Positions 27,901 through 36,567 are shown, counted from the first letter of the stretch. The stretch: DNA of 45,557 bases from an uncultured Gammaproteobacteria bacterium (GCA_964445355.1 CAYUKQ010000005.1:1-45557), one strand, 5' to 3'. A program made the numbers and translations. Notes: generated from the letters alone by a model not told the origin.

Positions 27901-29058
27901 TACTGATGGTGAAATTGCCGCAATTGGAGAACGATTACCGCCTGAAGGAGAAATTACCGACAATGTCCCTGGGTAAAAATCCAGTTTATAAATATTACCG
28001 TCGGGGCCCTGGCTTAATTGGACGACAGCGCCTGCGTTACTATCAAATGTGTTGTCAGAAACAACTGACTCAAAATTGGTGTCAAACTGGAGGTATTTGA
28101 TAAACCCAAGCGTATAATCAGCGTAGAAAAAACTATTTTGATATTCAGATGGGAAATTCGATCCGGTATAGAGTAGTGTCGAGGTGATCGAACCAGCCTT
28201 GGCCGGAGGATCAGTGTGGTGATAGGTAAAGACCGGATTAATATACGGACAATTACCACAGTTACCTTCTACGTTGGGCCAGCCGTAATTACCGCCTTTG
28301 TTGATAATATTAAGCTCTTCCCAGGCATCGCCCCCAACATCTCCAGCAATAGGACGACCGTCAGGCAGGAAAGTAAAACGGAATGGGTTCCGGAGGCCAT
28401 ATGCCCAAATTGATTTGGCCGCTCCTGGGGTTGAATAGAATGGATTATCTTGTGGAATTGTGCCGTCTTTATTAATGCGGTGGATCTTGCCGTGTAGATT
28501 GGTAAGATTTTGCGAATTTAGGTTATTAGTATTCATCCCCATCGCCCAGTAGAGCTTGCCATCCGGACCGAATCTTACTTCACCGCCGTGATGGAATACA
28601 TTACCCAACTGCTCGGATTCGAGCAGAATTAATTCTGACGCAGGATCAGCAGTACTACCTGTTACGGTAATTCTGGACAAACGATCGTGGTTTTGAGCTG
28701 TTGTGTATGCTACATACAAGTATCCATTACTGGCAAAATCAGGATCCGGCTCGATACCTAAAACTCCGCGTTCGTCAGCGAAGTCGGTCGGAAGAGTGAC
28801 TAACGTAATTATAGGTTCCGGCTGAATTTGCCCGTTGGCAAATACTTTAATCGCGCCAGATTTTTCGGAGATAAAAATCCGACCATCGGACATGAATCGA
28901 AACGCAGTCGGCTCGGTAAGATCAGAAACCAGCTCAGTAAGATCAAACTCGGCCGGTGGCGCTGCCAGAAGAGGTTGGTCGATTAGTCTTGGCCAGATAA
29001 TGACCCAGAGTAATGCAGCAAAAAATAATTTTAGACTAAATTTAATTAATTTTTCCAA
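24928..29058 (-). CDS. Secreted PQQ-dependent glucose/sorbosone dehydrogenase-family protein with PKD domain and four C-terminal beta-sandwich repeats
   Basis: Signal peptide; ERGVLG, HHGG..RFGPDGKLY, YGLRNPFRF; PKD WDFGDG; four ~180-aa repeats (D.G.P...G.A...G.G.DIWG..D.F..V.Q.L.G.GEI.ARV..Q...WAK.GIM.K). TTG start. Confidence 0.88.
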   Translation of the reverse strand: MEKLIKFSLKLFFAALLWVIIWPRLIDQPLLAAPPAEFDLTELVSDLTEPTAFRFMSDGRIFISEKSGAIKVFANGQIQPEPIITLVTLPTDFADERGVLGIEPDPDFASNGYLYVAYTTAQNHDRLSRITVTGSTADPASELILLESEQLGNVFHHGGEVRFGPDGKLYWAMGMNTNNLNSQNLTNLHGKIHRINKDGTIPQDNPFYSTPGAAKSIWAYGLRNPFRFTFLPDGRPIAGDVGGDAWEELNIINKGGNYGWPNVEGNCGNCPYINPVFTYHHTDPPAKAGSITSTLLYTGSNFPSEYQNSFFYADYTLGFIKYLQFDTNFESVVSDNTFDSNAGAVVQLSQGPDGNIYKLDFYPGTLSVISPSGGNRSPIAAISPSVIAGLAPLSVTFDSSSSSDPDGTSLSYFWDFGDGNTSAQMSPTHIYTVNGTYNATLTVSDGEKSDTETVIITVGNNLPNGMIVSPLANSKYNAGDTINFSATGSDPEDGELPDSAFSWSFVFHHADHIHPFGQQINNQRSGQINIPRTADNVSSTWYEIILITTDSQGLTSSTSRAIHPNLVELTFSSNLPNTAYAIDGIPHTSIYTETAVVGVERVLSAPTPQYFQNYYYKFLSWSDGLEQSHTITTPATDTNYSVNFDQYEIPPNPWVSADVGSPLFAGDASYLNGVYTINGAGGDIWGTQDEFRYVYQTLQGNGEIVARVTAQEDTDDWAKSGIMIKQSTSPLSPYILLAVTPNNGIAFQHSFNSDLGSFAYSLPNAWLKLVRFNNTFTAYKSIDGINWQTLDTVEIAMSEEVTIGMFVTSHKYNELNTSVFDNVSVKKSLTGLWQNTDIGAPYLSGSSQYVNNTFTISGAGSDIWGDSDQFQYVHQSLTGNGEITARITSQTINTDGWAKAGIMFKESLTPQSPYVLFGVTPQHGYAFQTNFNTGSEWGPYNFPNAWVKLVRNNNLITSFYSSNGVDWAEAGSTTLNFAQSTITVGLFVTSHNSSVISTATFDNVNLTASGQQGALPSSFTGTDIGSPKMLGSASYENQVFTVKAAGDDVWGNTDQMYLVHQDLNGDGEIIARVNSQTNTNDWAKAGVIIKDSLSSLSNYALLAVTPANGITMQYNYNNEIAGPASYNFPNVWLKMVRTGNNISSHYSVDGSNWTLIGTRPISLSSSVKIGLFVTSHDGSKISTVTFDNVSVSNTALPILPAPWSSSDIGTPSLSGNATYADNIFSISGAGNDIWGDADQFHFVYQSLDGDGEIIARVNSQTNTNDWAKAGIMFKDSLTSGSDYTLLAVTPANGIAFQSHFDHNINGSSYIFPNIYLKLVRSGNNIAGYTSVDGITWTVFSTKTVNFGQNIFVGLFVTSHNGSQVSSATFDQVSVLD
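24931..27110 (-). repeat. Four tandem intragenic domain repeats (~550 bp)
   Basis: Protein-level repeats; exact DNA tracts 25181-25206=25733-25758 and 25253-25311=25805-25863, both offset by 552 bp. Confidence 0.85.
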
Positions 29059-29140
29059 AACTGACTAATATTTATTTTAATGATAAAGACTATATACAGA
29101 TATTTATCGAAAATCAAGTTCATTTTGATTGTTATAAGAT

Positions 29141-29187
29141 AAAAAAATGGGTGGAATCGGTATGCTTGAAGCGCCCGTGTTCCACCC
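29141..29187 (-). terminator. Intrinsic terminator ending the glycan island operon
   Basis: GGGTGGAA...TTCCACCC 8-bp stem with a long loop, followed on the minus strand by T7. Confidence 0.6.
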
Positions 29188-29231
29188 TGTGGTGGTCTGT
29201 TTGTTGACAGACAGGAATCGAGAAACCCTTT

Positions 29232-30434
29232 CTAAGGTCTTGGATCTGGCCGGATACACTGTGGAAGTGCGTTCTCGGCCGGTTTACCCAAAGGGTTGAA
29301 GCCAAGATCGGACTTGGCGGGATCAGGCAGGGTCAGGTCAACCTGCCACCAGTAGATACCGGCAATTAGCGGGGTGAAAACCTGACAAGTCGCCTGGTAG
29401 TACCGAGCTTGACCTTCGTAGTCGGCAGCGCTTTCCAGCAGGTAATTCCATGGACGCTGGTGAGCGCCTTGTCGCGGTAACACCCCAACTTCGGTAAAGA
29501 CAACCTTGGAAGGATCGTAGCCTTTTTGACTGAGATCGTCGACCCACGATTGCCAAGAAGTGGCGAGTGAGGCGACACTGGCTCCGATCGGCGCGTCCAA
29601 GGGGTAATAAGCGTCAACGGATGGGAAATCGAGCTCGGCAATAAATGCCGGAGCCAAAACGTCCCAGTTGGCTGAGTAGGTCACTTGACCTTGATAGATC
29701 ACCCTGACAGAAGCAATTAACGTCCGCCAGCGATCCGTCTGAGGCTCCAGTGACACGAACTCCGTGCCGATGTTAAGAATGGCGACTTTTTCCTCTTGCG
29801 CTAACTTGGCGTATCCAAGCATCAGACTGGAGTAGCTGTTGAACCAACTATCCAGATTGCTCGGATTTAATTGCCCCCGCCATTTACCGTCAGCAACGAG
29901 CGAAGCTTCGTCGAGGATAGGCCTAAGCATGACGGTGAAGCCTCGCTTGTGCGCCTCTCGTACAAAAATACGAATGTTCTGATCGCTTGGTGTTTTGGCA
30001 GGGTCTTGCAAGACTTCGCTAGCCCGCCAGTTGGACTGAAAGACGGGAAATACCAAACTTACGCTGTTGACGTTGAGTTCAGCAAGCCTGTCCAGCAGTT
30101 TTGGGCTTTTGTCACGAAAATCTCCCCCGTCACTGTAGACCAGAACAGACACTCCGGCTTGATAGCTGGTAGGGCCTGATCTGGGACTCGTAACTTTGGA
30201 GATCTTGGGGGTCGGAGTGGCTGTCGGATTGACAGTTGTCGTTTGCTTTGCAATTTCTGCTGTCGGTACGAACTGGGTTGGCTGAGCGGTGTTGTTAGAA
30301 ACAGGTGGCGCCGAAATTTCTTTGGCGCCACCGTCTTTGCCTCCAACAAACCAAATGGCGAAGCCGACTGCCAGACTAATTAGCAGTGCGGCTGACAGCT
30401 GAAGATCTCGCCGATTCCAGACCAAAAGGTTCAA
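29232..30434 (-). CDS. Membrane-anchored glycoside hydrolase, GH113-like (beta-mannanase family TIM barrel)
   Basis: N-terminal TM plus P/T linker; GFTVMLRPIL, LNIGTEF, TYSANWD, VDAYYPL, FTEVG motifs; AAGGAGG SD before TTG. Confidence 0.75.
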   Translation of the reverse strand: MNLLVWNRRDLQLSAALLISLAVGFAIWFVGGKDGGAKEISAPPVSNNTAQPTQFVPTAEIAKQTTTVNPTATPTPKISKVTSPRSGPTSYQAGVSVLVYSDGGDFRDKSPKLLDRLAELNVNSVSLVFPVFQSNWRASEVLQDPAKTPSDQNIRIFVREAHKRGFTVMLRPILDEASLVADGKWRGQLNPSNLDSWFNSYSSLMLGYAKLAQEEKVAILNIGTEFVSLEPQTDRWRTLIASVRVIYQGQVTYSANWDVLAPAFIAELDFPSVDAYYPLDAPIGASVASLATSWQSWVDDLSQKGYDPSKVVFTEVGVLPRQGAHQRPWNYLLESAADYEGQARYYQATCQVFTPLIAGIYWWQVDLTLPDPAKSDLGFNPLGKPAENALPQCIRPDPRP

Positions 30435-31857
30435 CCTCCTTCACCAGGCCATGTCTGGTCTTTTCCCAGAAGTGTGGTCGTGTGATGAGCTGCAATAGGG
30501 CTTTCCAAGTTGCAAAACTCAGAATTCCCCAATACAGTGGTGCCAACACCATCCACTTGATGTTTGGGTAGAGTCCTCTGATCTTGCACCCCATCATCAC
30601 GTACAGGACAAACAGAACGTTGCCGAGCGCGATTGACAGGACGCCAAGATAGAAGATCGGGAGCGGATAGAGCTGTTCGATGAACGTGGCGTTGGTGGCC
30701 TCGTAAGCGAGCGTCATGATCCAGAAGATCGGATTGACCAGCAACACCAAAGGTGTTACAGCCACGATCACTACGAAGCAGAGGAAATTGACAAACCCCA
30801 GATCACGGTACAGGTCGATCTGGTTCCTGGTGTGTACCAGAAATGTGACCATTCCCCCTTTCTTCCACCGCGAACGCTGGCGAATCAGGTTGCCTAGGTG
30901 GCTGTTAGCCTCTTCCCAGGTAACACTATCCATTAGCCTCACTTGAAGACGTCGACGGGCGATGCGGATCCCCATATCGATGTCTTCTGTCACATTGTAC
31001 GCATCCCAACCACCCAGCTTTACCACGGTATCGGTGCGGAAATGATTAGAAGTGCCACCCAGCGGGACTGGCATTCCCATTTTTCCTAACCCGGGCAGAA
31101 TGAGGTTGAAGTAGGTTGCGTACTCAGCACTGAAGAATTTGGTGATCCAGTTAGTGTACGGGTTATAGTACTCAAGCTTGGCCTGAATACAAACAACCCG
31201 CCGGCTGGACTTGCGGAAGCATGCGACCGCTTTTTTGAGCTGATCTGGTTCCGGGCGGTCTTCGGCGTCGTAAATGACGACAAACTCGCCGGTTGCCCTC
31301 TTCAATCCTTCATTGCAAGCGCGCGGCTTGGTCTTGAGAATTGAGTCAGGCATGATCAGGATCTCAAAGCACGAAGGAAGCTCACAGCTTTCAATCTCCC
31401 GGATGGTTCGACGGTCTTTCTCTTCCAAGAGCAGAATGATCTGCAATCGGTCGATCGGATAGTCGAGTTTGCCGAGATTGTCGATAAGTTTGGCTGCGAT
31501 GTTGTGCTCGTCGTAGAGTGGCACTAGAATGGTGTACCGAGGCAGAGTCGACCCTTGTATAAGGGATCGCAACTCAGCATCTGTGACCACCATCAAGGCG
31601 GACTCGAGCGATTTAGCTGTAAGCAGTCCCTTAAAAACGATGATGACGACGTAGATCAGAGTGATCGTGCCGGCCAACGTCAACAGAACTGGCATATAGC
31701 CGAACTTCAGGATAGCCGCTGCCATGATCCCAAGGATCAAGACAATGACTACGGTTTGTTTACCAGTCAGGATAACCTCTGCGGTTTCCTCTTTGGGGCG
31801 CGTCGCCAACTGGTGAAGTACACCGCGTCCATTGCGGACATCTTCAGGACTGATCAA
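30376..31857 (-). CDS. Processive GT2 glycosyltransferase (cellulose-synthase-like)
   Basis: VPLYDE, TKPRACN, YDAED, VTED, QRSRW (D,D,D,QxxRW set), flanking TM helices, C-terminal FWEKTRHGL. Confidence 0.9.
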   Translation of the reverse strand: MISPEDVRNGRGVLHQLATRPKEETAEVILTGKQTVVIVLILGIMAAAILKFGYMPVLLTLAGTITLIYVVIIVFKGLLTAKSLESALMVVTDAELRSLIQGSTLPRYTILVPLYDEHNIAAKLIDNLGKLDYPIDRLQIILLLEEKDRRTIREIESCELPSCFEILIMPDSILKTKPRACNEGLKRATGEFVVIYDAEDRPEPDQLKKAVACFRKSSRRVVCIQAKLEYYNPYTNWITKFFSAEYATYFNLILPGLGKMGMPVPLGGTSNHFRTDTVVKLGGWDAYNVTEDIDMGIRIARRRLQVRLMDSVTWEEANSHLGNLIRQRSRWKKGGMVTFLVHTRNQIDLYRDLGFVNFLCFVVIVAVTPLVLLVNPIFWIMTLAYEATNATFIEQLYPLPIFYLGVLSIALGNVLFVLYVMMGCKIRGLYPNIKWMVLAPLYWGILSFATWKALLQLITRPHFWEKTRHGLVKEVEPFGLESARSSAVSRTAN

Positions 31858-31922
31858 GACAAAGGTTCCTCCGTCCAGATTGGTTTTATGGCTGATGATC
31901 GATTGCTTTTGTCTTTTGGAGA

Positions 31923-33602
31923 CTACGGCAGTGCTGTGCGGCGGTAGATTTGGATCTGCTCGTTACTGAAAACCAGCAGAAAATGATCGTCGAGTGCAGG
32001 CGTACCATGCAGATGCTCGTATACCTTGTCGCGCTCGTTATCTGAACCCCGCATGACAATCCAATCGACAAAGTCGGCCGGATCAACAAGTGCGGGCTCC
32101 CACATTCGGTAACTACCTTCGTAAAGGATTTGACCGACGGGCAGCTTGGAAGCGACCTGAAGCTCTTCGTTGCCGTAACTTTCCATCAGAACCAGTCCGG
32201 TGTCATAGTTTCGGCTGAGCCAGTAAGCGGCATCTCTTTGCGTGACCGACAACGCCTTGTCCATATCGGCTTCCGGCTCATTAAGGGTAATGATATTACC
32301 CTGGCTGATCACCAGTGCCGAGAAGGCACAGACACCACCAACGATCACGGCACGACTAAGGACAAAGCCTTTGGTCAGATAGCCAGCGAAGATCGACAGT
32401 GGCAGAAGCATCGGCAGCGAAAACCGTACATTGTACAAGTCTCCGCTAATTTGTTCGACGTGCAAGGGGCGCTGACCAAAGTACAACGCGGCAACGAAGA
32501 ACGGGAACGGAAACAGCAAGGCGTACACCGGTGCTTTACGGATGTTGATACGGTCGCTGACAATGAAGTAAGCGAGACCAGCAATCCCGATTACCAGCGT
32601 GACGACGCCTGCCGTTTCGTAGGTCGCGATCGAGTAGGTCTTGAGCGCAATCCAGATGTTGCCTACGGACTTTTCCGCCTCACCCACCCAAAGGGAAGGT
32701 TTGGCATACTCGCCGTATTGGAAGTAGAAGGGATTATCAAAGATCTGGTAATTCCAGACCAGCCATCCGACAATGCCGAGGCTGGCTAGGAAAGTCAGAA
32801 AAAAGACTTCCCCTTCGATCCGTTCGCGAGACATGCGCTGGTTGATACAGACGACACCCCAGAGCGGAACGAAAAGAGCCAAAAGAATCCAGCCCTCGTA
32901 CCGTGTTAAGGTGGCGCAGATCAGCATTCCGGCAGTCATCAACCCGTTGACGATGTTGCCAACTGGCTGGTCGATCGCCAATGTCCACTTGATGAAGAAA
33001 TAGACACTGCCCGACAAAAACATGCACAGTGGCAGCTCTGTCATGGCAGTGGACTGAAGGTAGGTGACGTTGGGATTGCTGATGAACACCAAACTGGCCA
33101 CCACCCCTGCCCACCGTGATCCGGAAATGGTTTCGGTGATCTTGTACAGAAAGACCGAGGTCCCGACGAAAGAAAACATTGACGGAATGCTTCCCGCGAT
33201 GCCTGTTTCGTAGAGATAGTCGTTCCAGATCAGTGACTGCATCAGGAGATGCGGCAAAGGTGGCCAAACACCACCGAGTTGAGCCAATCCCGGTGTGGGA
33301 CTGTCAACAACTCGTTTGGCGATAAGAAGGTGTGATTGTGCGTCCTTGTAGACGAGGATCTGATCATTGCTGAAGTAGTAGGCAAAACTGCCTACTGACA
33401 CCAACACACTGATCAGTACGACGCCGAGCAGATAGTAGTCGTGCTGCTTGGTAACTTTGACTGACGCCAGAGCAGCTTTTGGTCGAACCGACCTTGGCGG
33501 GGTGGTTCGCACAGCGATTGCTCCAGCGTTGACTTCTGTGGTTACCAGTTTGTAGCTGGTTCGCACAAAAAATCTTGCCACTACAAGCATGGCGTGGATC
33601 AT
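31923..33602 (-). CDS. GT-C fold (ArnT/PMT-like) polyprenyl-phosphate-sugar-dependent glycosyltransferase
   Basis: Multi-TM; DAQSHL..AKRV, WPPLPH, TRYEGW motifs; C-terminal soluble domain. Confidence 0.75.
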   Translation of the reverse strand: MIHAMLVVARFFVRTSYKLVTTEVNAGAIAVRTTPPRSVRPKAALASVKVTKQHDYYLLGVVLISVLVSVGSFAYYFSNDQILVYKDAQSHLLIAKRVVDSPTPGLAQLGGVWPPLPHLLMQSLIWNDYLYETGIAGSIPSMFSFVGTSVFLYKITETISGSRWAGVVASLVFISNPNVTYLQSTAMTELPLCMFLSGSVYFFIKWTLAIDQPVGNIVNGLMTAGMLICATLTRYEGWILLALFVPLWGVVCINQRMSRERIEGEVFFLTFLASLGIVGWLVWNYQIFDNPFYFQYGEYAKPSLWVGEAEKSVGNIWIALKTYSIATYETAGVVTLVIGIAGLAYFIVSDRINIRKAPVYALLFPFPFFVAALYFGQRPLHVEQISGDLYNVRFSLPMLLPLSIFAGYLTKGFVLSRAVIVGGVCAFSALVISQGNIITLNEPEADMDKALSVTQRDAAYWLSRNYDTGLVLMESYGNEELQVASKLPVGQILYEGSYRMWEPALVDPADFVDWIVMRGSDNERDKVYEHLHGTPALDDHFLLVFSNEQIQIYRRTALP

Positions 33603-33607
33603 GATTT

Positions 33608-34090
33608 CTATGTTCCTCCAACGGTTATGGTGCGCGGCCGTCTGTGTTTGAACACAAACTTGTGACTGGCAGCAAAAGTAAGCAGCAGTCCCGCGGCAGT
33701 GCCTGAGATCAACGCTAGCGGATGATTGGCAACCAGAATGATAAGTCCGAACACGATTGTGTTGGCACCCAAACTGGTAAGAGCCATCAGGTTAAACCTG
33801 AGGAGTGAGGAAACCTCGTAAGGACTCCAACTACCCGCGCTTTTCCGGTCATGCCAGGTGATATGGTAACTTAGCAGGTAGTTAACCTGCGTCGAAACCA
33901 CAAAAGCGGTTGCGTTAACGACTGTTGCCTGCCACCACTGATCCAGACTAAAGGCCTGAATGATGGTGAAAAAGACGAGGTACTGCAGTACGGTACAGAA
34001 TGCACCGACACAGAGGAATTTGGTGATGCGCAGGTAGTTAACCTGTGCACCAGATCCACTGAGGAACGGTCTGGTTATCTCGAAAGACAC
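33608..34090 (-). CDS. GtrA-family flippase-like membrane protein
   Basis: KFLCVGAFCT, NYLLSYHITW, FAASHKFVF; four TMs; AGGAG SD before GTG. Confidence 0.85.
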   Translation of the reverse strand: MSFEITRPFLSGSGAQVNYLRITKFLCVGAFCTVLQYLVFFTIIQAFSLDQWWQATVVNATAFVVSTQVNYLLSYHITWHDRKSAGSWSPYEVSSLLRFNLMALTSLGANTIVFGLIILVANHPLALISGTAAGLLLTFAASHKFVFKHRRPRTITVGGT

Positions 34091-34344
34091 GTGGAGAATC
34101 TCCTATTATTTCTCGATTCGGTTTTTAAGGTTCGTCTGCAACCAACCTAGGGCCTATAGTTAATTCGATTTTTAGTTCGAAAGAACGATTTAGAACCGTC
34201 GGCGTGATTTTTGGATTGGTTAAAAGAGTTTGTGACAACGGGTGTTGTAATTTACTCTTATAACCTATAGTTGCAGAACAAGAATTATAGCGTGATTTAC
34301 TGTGTCTGTCCAGACACAATCGGTATTAAAGTTTTTGGGAAAAA

Positions 34345-34998
34345 TTAGTTGTTTGCAAAAATAAAAGCGGCATAAACACCGGCGATTCCGCCACAGCCTA
34401 TCTGCCAATTAGGGTTTTGCAATGCCTCGCGGTGCCCAGTCAGTGAACGATCCCAGCCGAACTCTACAATATGCACCCCAGAAAGTGGTTGACCACCATA
34501 AAGCACTTCTCCAAGGTGTGAAAATTCATTTTGGTCTTCGCCATATTTATTGAACCCCGCGTGATTGTCCAAACCGCCATTTGCTACCTGTTCTTCGGCT
34601 CTTTTCTGAGCAATATCGCAAATTGTTGTGTTAGAGGTCAGAGTACTGAGTCCATGCGCACGCCTGTAGCTATTAACAGCCTCAAAAAGCTCTGATCTGG
34701 TTGACATAGGTTCAGAAATTGGCACTGAAAATTCGGTCTGATGCTCGTCAACCTTGCGAACCGTCCAGTCAGGTGTAGGCGAAGGAAAGGTTTTTTGCTT
34801 AAACTGCGTTTGGGTGGGAATTTCGGCAAGTGCAGAAGTTATCGACCTTAGCTCTGCCTCAGAAGTCGATTGATTAGTCACACGCAGCAGATTACGCCCG
34901 ATCTGCTCGATCGAAGTCAGCTGCGCTGGAAGGCTGATGGCGTAAAATAATCCAGCTAGGATAAAAAAGATAACAGCTAAGATTGCAATTTTTATCAT
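34345..34998 (-). CDS. CAP (SCP/Tpx-1/Ag5/PR-1) domain exported protein
   Basis: Signal anchor; VNSYRRAHGL..L, DNH, GEVL, GHREAL, IGCG. Confidence 0.85.
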   Translation of the reverse strand: MIKIAILAVIFFILAGLFYAISLPAQLTSIEQIGRNLLRVTNQSTSEAELRSITSALAEIPTQTQFKQKTFPSPTPDWTVRKVDEHQTEFSVPISEPMSTRSELFEAVNSYRRAHGLSTLTSNTTICDIAQKRAEEQVANGGLDNHAGFNKYGEDQNEFSHLGEVLYGGQPLSGVHIVEFGWDRSLTGHREALQNPNWQIGCGGIAGVYAAFIFANN

Positions 34999-35043
34999 CA
35001 GGCTATTATCCTAACATAAGCACGCATAAATAATAGAAAAAAT

Positions 35044-36078
35044 ATGAAGGTATTGGTCACTGGAATTTCCGGATTTTTGGGTATTAATTTGACCAGGTAT
35101 CTGCTTGCCAAAAAGGTAAAGGTAGTCGGGCTGGATATAGCTAAGTTTAACTATCCAGAAAGGGATTCAATAATTTTCGTCCACGGAGATATCCGTAACA
35201 AAAAGGATATTGCAAAGGCGATCAAAGACGTTGATATGGTCGTGCATTGTGCAGCCGCTCTTCCATTGTATTCAGACGAAGATATCTATTCGACTGATTT
35301 TACCGGTACAAAAAACATGCTTGAGATTTCGTGGAAACATAATGTGAAAAGATTTATACAAATCTCCTCGACGGCTGTTTATGGCATTCCAGACCATCAT
35401 CCATTGCTGGAAAGCGATAAATTGGTGGGGGTGGGAATGTATGGCGAATGTAAGATCAAGGCGGAAAAGTTGTGTGAAAACTACCGTGAAAAAGGAATGA
35501 TTATTCCTGTACTTAGACCAAAAAGTTTTGTTGGCCCTGAAAGATTAGGAGTTTTTGCTTTGCTGTTCGACTGGGCAAGATCTGGTAAAAATTTTCCGAT
35601 GATCGGCAGTGGAGAAAATAAGTATCAATTGCTCGATGTCGAGGATCTGTGCGAGGCAATTTGGCTATCGATGAGCAAGCCTGGTAAGTTGGTAAACGAA
35701 ACTTTTAATATCGGCGCAAAGGAATTTTCAACAATGAAAGAAGACTACCAGTCTGTTCTGACTGAGGCTGGATTCGGCAAAAGAATCATTGCCCTACCAG
35801 AAACTCCCGTAACTATTAGCCTTAAAGTGCTGGAAAGACTAAAACTATCCCCTCTTTATAAATGGGTATACGAGACGGCTGGTAAGGATAGTTATGTTTC
35901 GATCAACAAAGCAGAAAAAAAACTGGGTTTTAAGCCGAAATATAGTAACAGTGAGGCGCTGGTCAGGAATTACAAATGGTTTATTGATAATTACGAAAGC
36001 TTTAGTTCTTTGTCTGGTGTTTCTCACCGGGTTCCATGGAATCAGGGCGCGCTATCTATTGCAAAGATATTTTTCTAA
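35044..36078 (+). CDS. NAD-dependent epimerase/dehydratase (extended SDR)
   Basis: TGISGFLG, HCAA, SSTAVYG, YGECK (YxxxK). Confidence 0.92.
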   Translation: MKVLVTGISGFLGINLTRYLLAKKVKVVGLDIAKFNYPERDSIIFVHGDIRNKKDIAKAIKDVDMVVHCAAALPLYSDEDIYSTDFTGTKNMLEISWKHNVKRFIQISSTAVYGIPDHHPLLESDKLVGVGMYGECKIKAEKLCENYREKGMIIPVLRPKSFVGPERLGVFALLFDWARSGKNFPMIGSGENKYQLLDVEDLCEAIWLSMSKPGKLVNETFNIGAKEFSTMKEDYQSVLTEAGFGKRIIALPETPVTISLKVLERLKLSPLYKWVYETAGKDSYVSINKAEKKLGFKPKYSNSEALVRNYKWFIDNYESFSSLSGVSHRVPWNQGALSIAKIFF

Positions 36079-36105
36079 AAAAAGCCGCCCTTTTTACGGA
36101 GCGGC
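36077..36105 (-). terminator. Intrinsic terminator of the small-gene operon
   Basis: Minus strand GCCGCTCC-gtaaaa-AGGGCGGC followed by a T-run. Confidence 0.65.
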
Positions 36106-36128
36106 AAGTCAACTTGATGTGTTTACAC

Positions 36129-36365
36129 TTACCCCTGCGGGGTAAGCTGCGGCGGAGCGAGCAGGTAGCTCGGCACTTTGAGAGTGAAAGTTCTCGATTG
36201 CCATACGCACTTGTCGCCGTCGTGACCTAGAGAAAATGCGCTGCCGGCGATCTGAACCCGTTCTTCGGCAATCACTCGACGATGAGTATTGCCATTGGGT
36301 ACCGGTCCTGCGATCAGGTCGACCTCACCGCAGGTACAGGAGAAAGAGGTGAATTCAATCTCCAC
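36129..36365 (-). CDS. Small hypothetical protein with CxC...H...C (possible metal binding)
   Basis: GTG 36365 overlaps the end of the upstream gene; start uncertain (the ORF extends to 36461). Confidence 0.45.
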   Translation of the reverse strand: MEIEFTSFSCTCGEVDLIAGPVPNGNTHRRVIAEERVQIAGSAFSLGHDGDKCVWQSRTFTLKVPSYLLAPPQLTPQG

Positions 36366-36567
36366 TTCTGATCCTACCTTCTTTGTCCAGCCGATCGTAG
36401 GCCTTAGCGACCATTTCACGGGTGATGTGAGGATTCTCGATGTGCGTATTGCCGTAGACAAAACTGATCGCTTGTGCCCGGCGCTCTTGAGGTGTCATGA
36501 CAATACCACGTGCAAGCACGATAAGTTTGTCGAGTGCGGGTGAGGACGCGTGATGTGTCAAACACAT
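36355..36567 (-). CDS. Small protein with ERRAQ.ISF.YGNTHIEN motif
   Basis: 70 aa, ATG, second gene of an SD-led operon; the motif is one I recall from a conserved small-protein family. Confidence 0.7.
   Translation of the reverse strand: MCLTHHASSPALDKLIVLARGIVMTPQERRAQAISFVYGNTHIENPHITREMVAKAYDRLDKEGRIRSGD

Larger units (their letters stand above)
29141..34344 (-). mobile_element. Probable horizontally acquired glycan-synthesis island (no mobility gene seen)
   Basis: Spot-counted GC about 50-57% versus about 35-42% in the backbone; genes preceded by GGAGG-type SDs; four co-directional glyco-genes. Confidence 0.55.

Noticed and set aside
31886-32089. 67-aa - strand ORF between GT-C and GT2
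   Set aside because: Mostly overlaps the GT-C gene in another frame; no SD or recognisable motif.
32130-33621. Several long alternative ORFs (219, 176, 85 aa etc.) in the island
   Set aside because: Expected shadows of a GC-rich gene; the 559-aa frame has coherent GT-C motifs.
34125-34319. 64-aa ORF in the spacer before gtrA
   Set aside because: GTG start without SD, no motif; the region looks regulatory.
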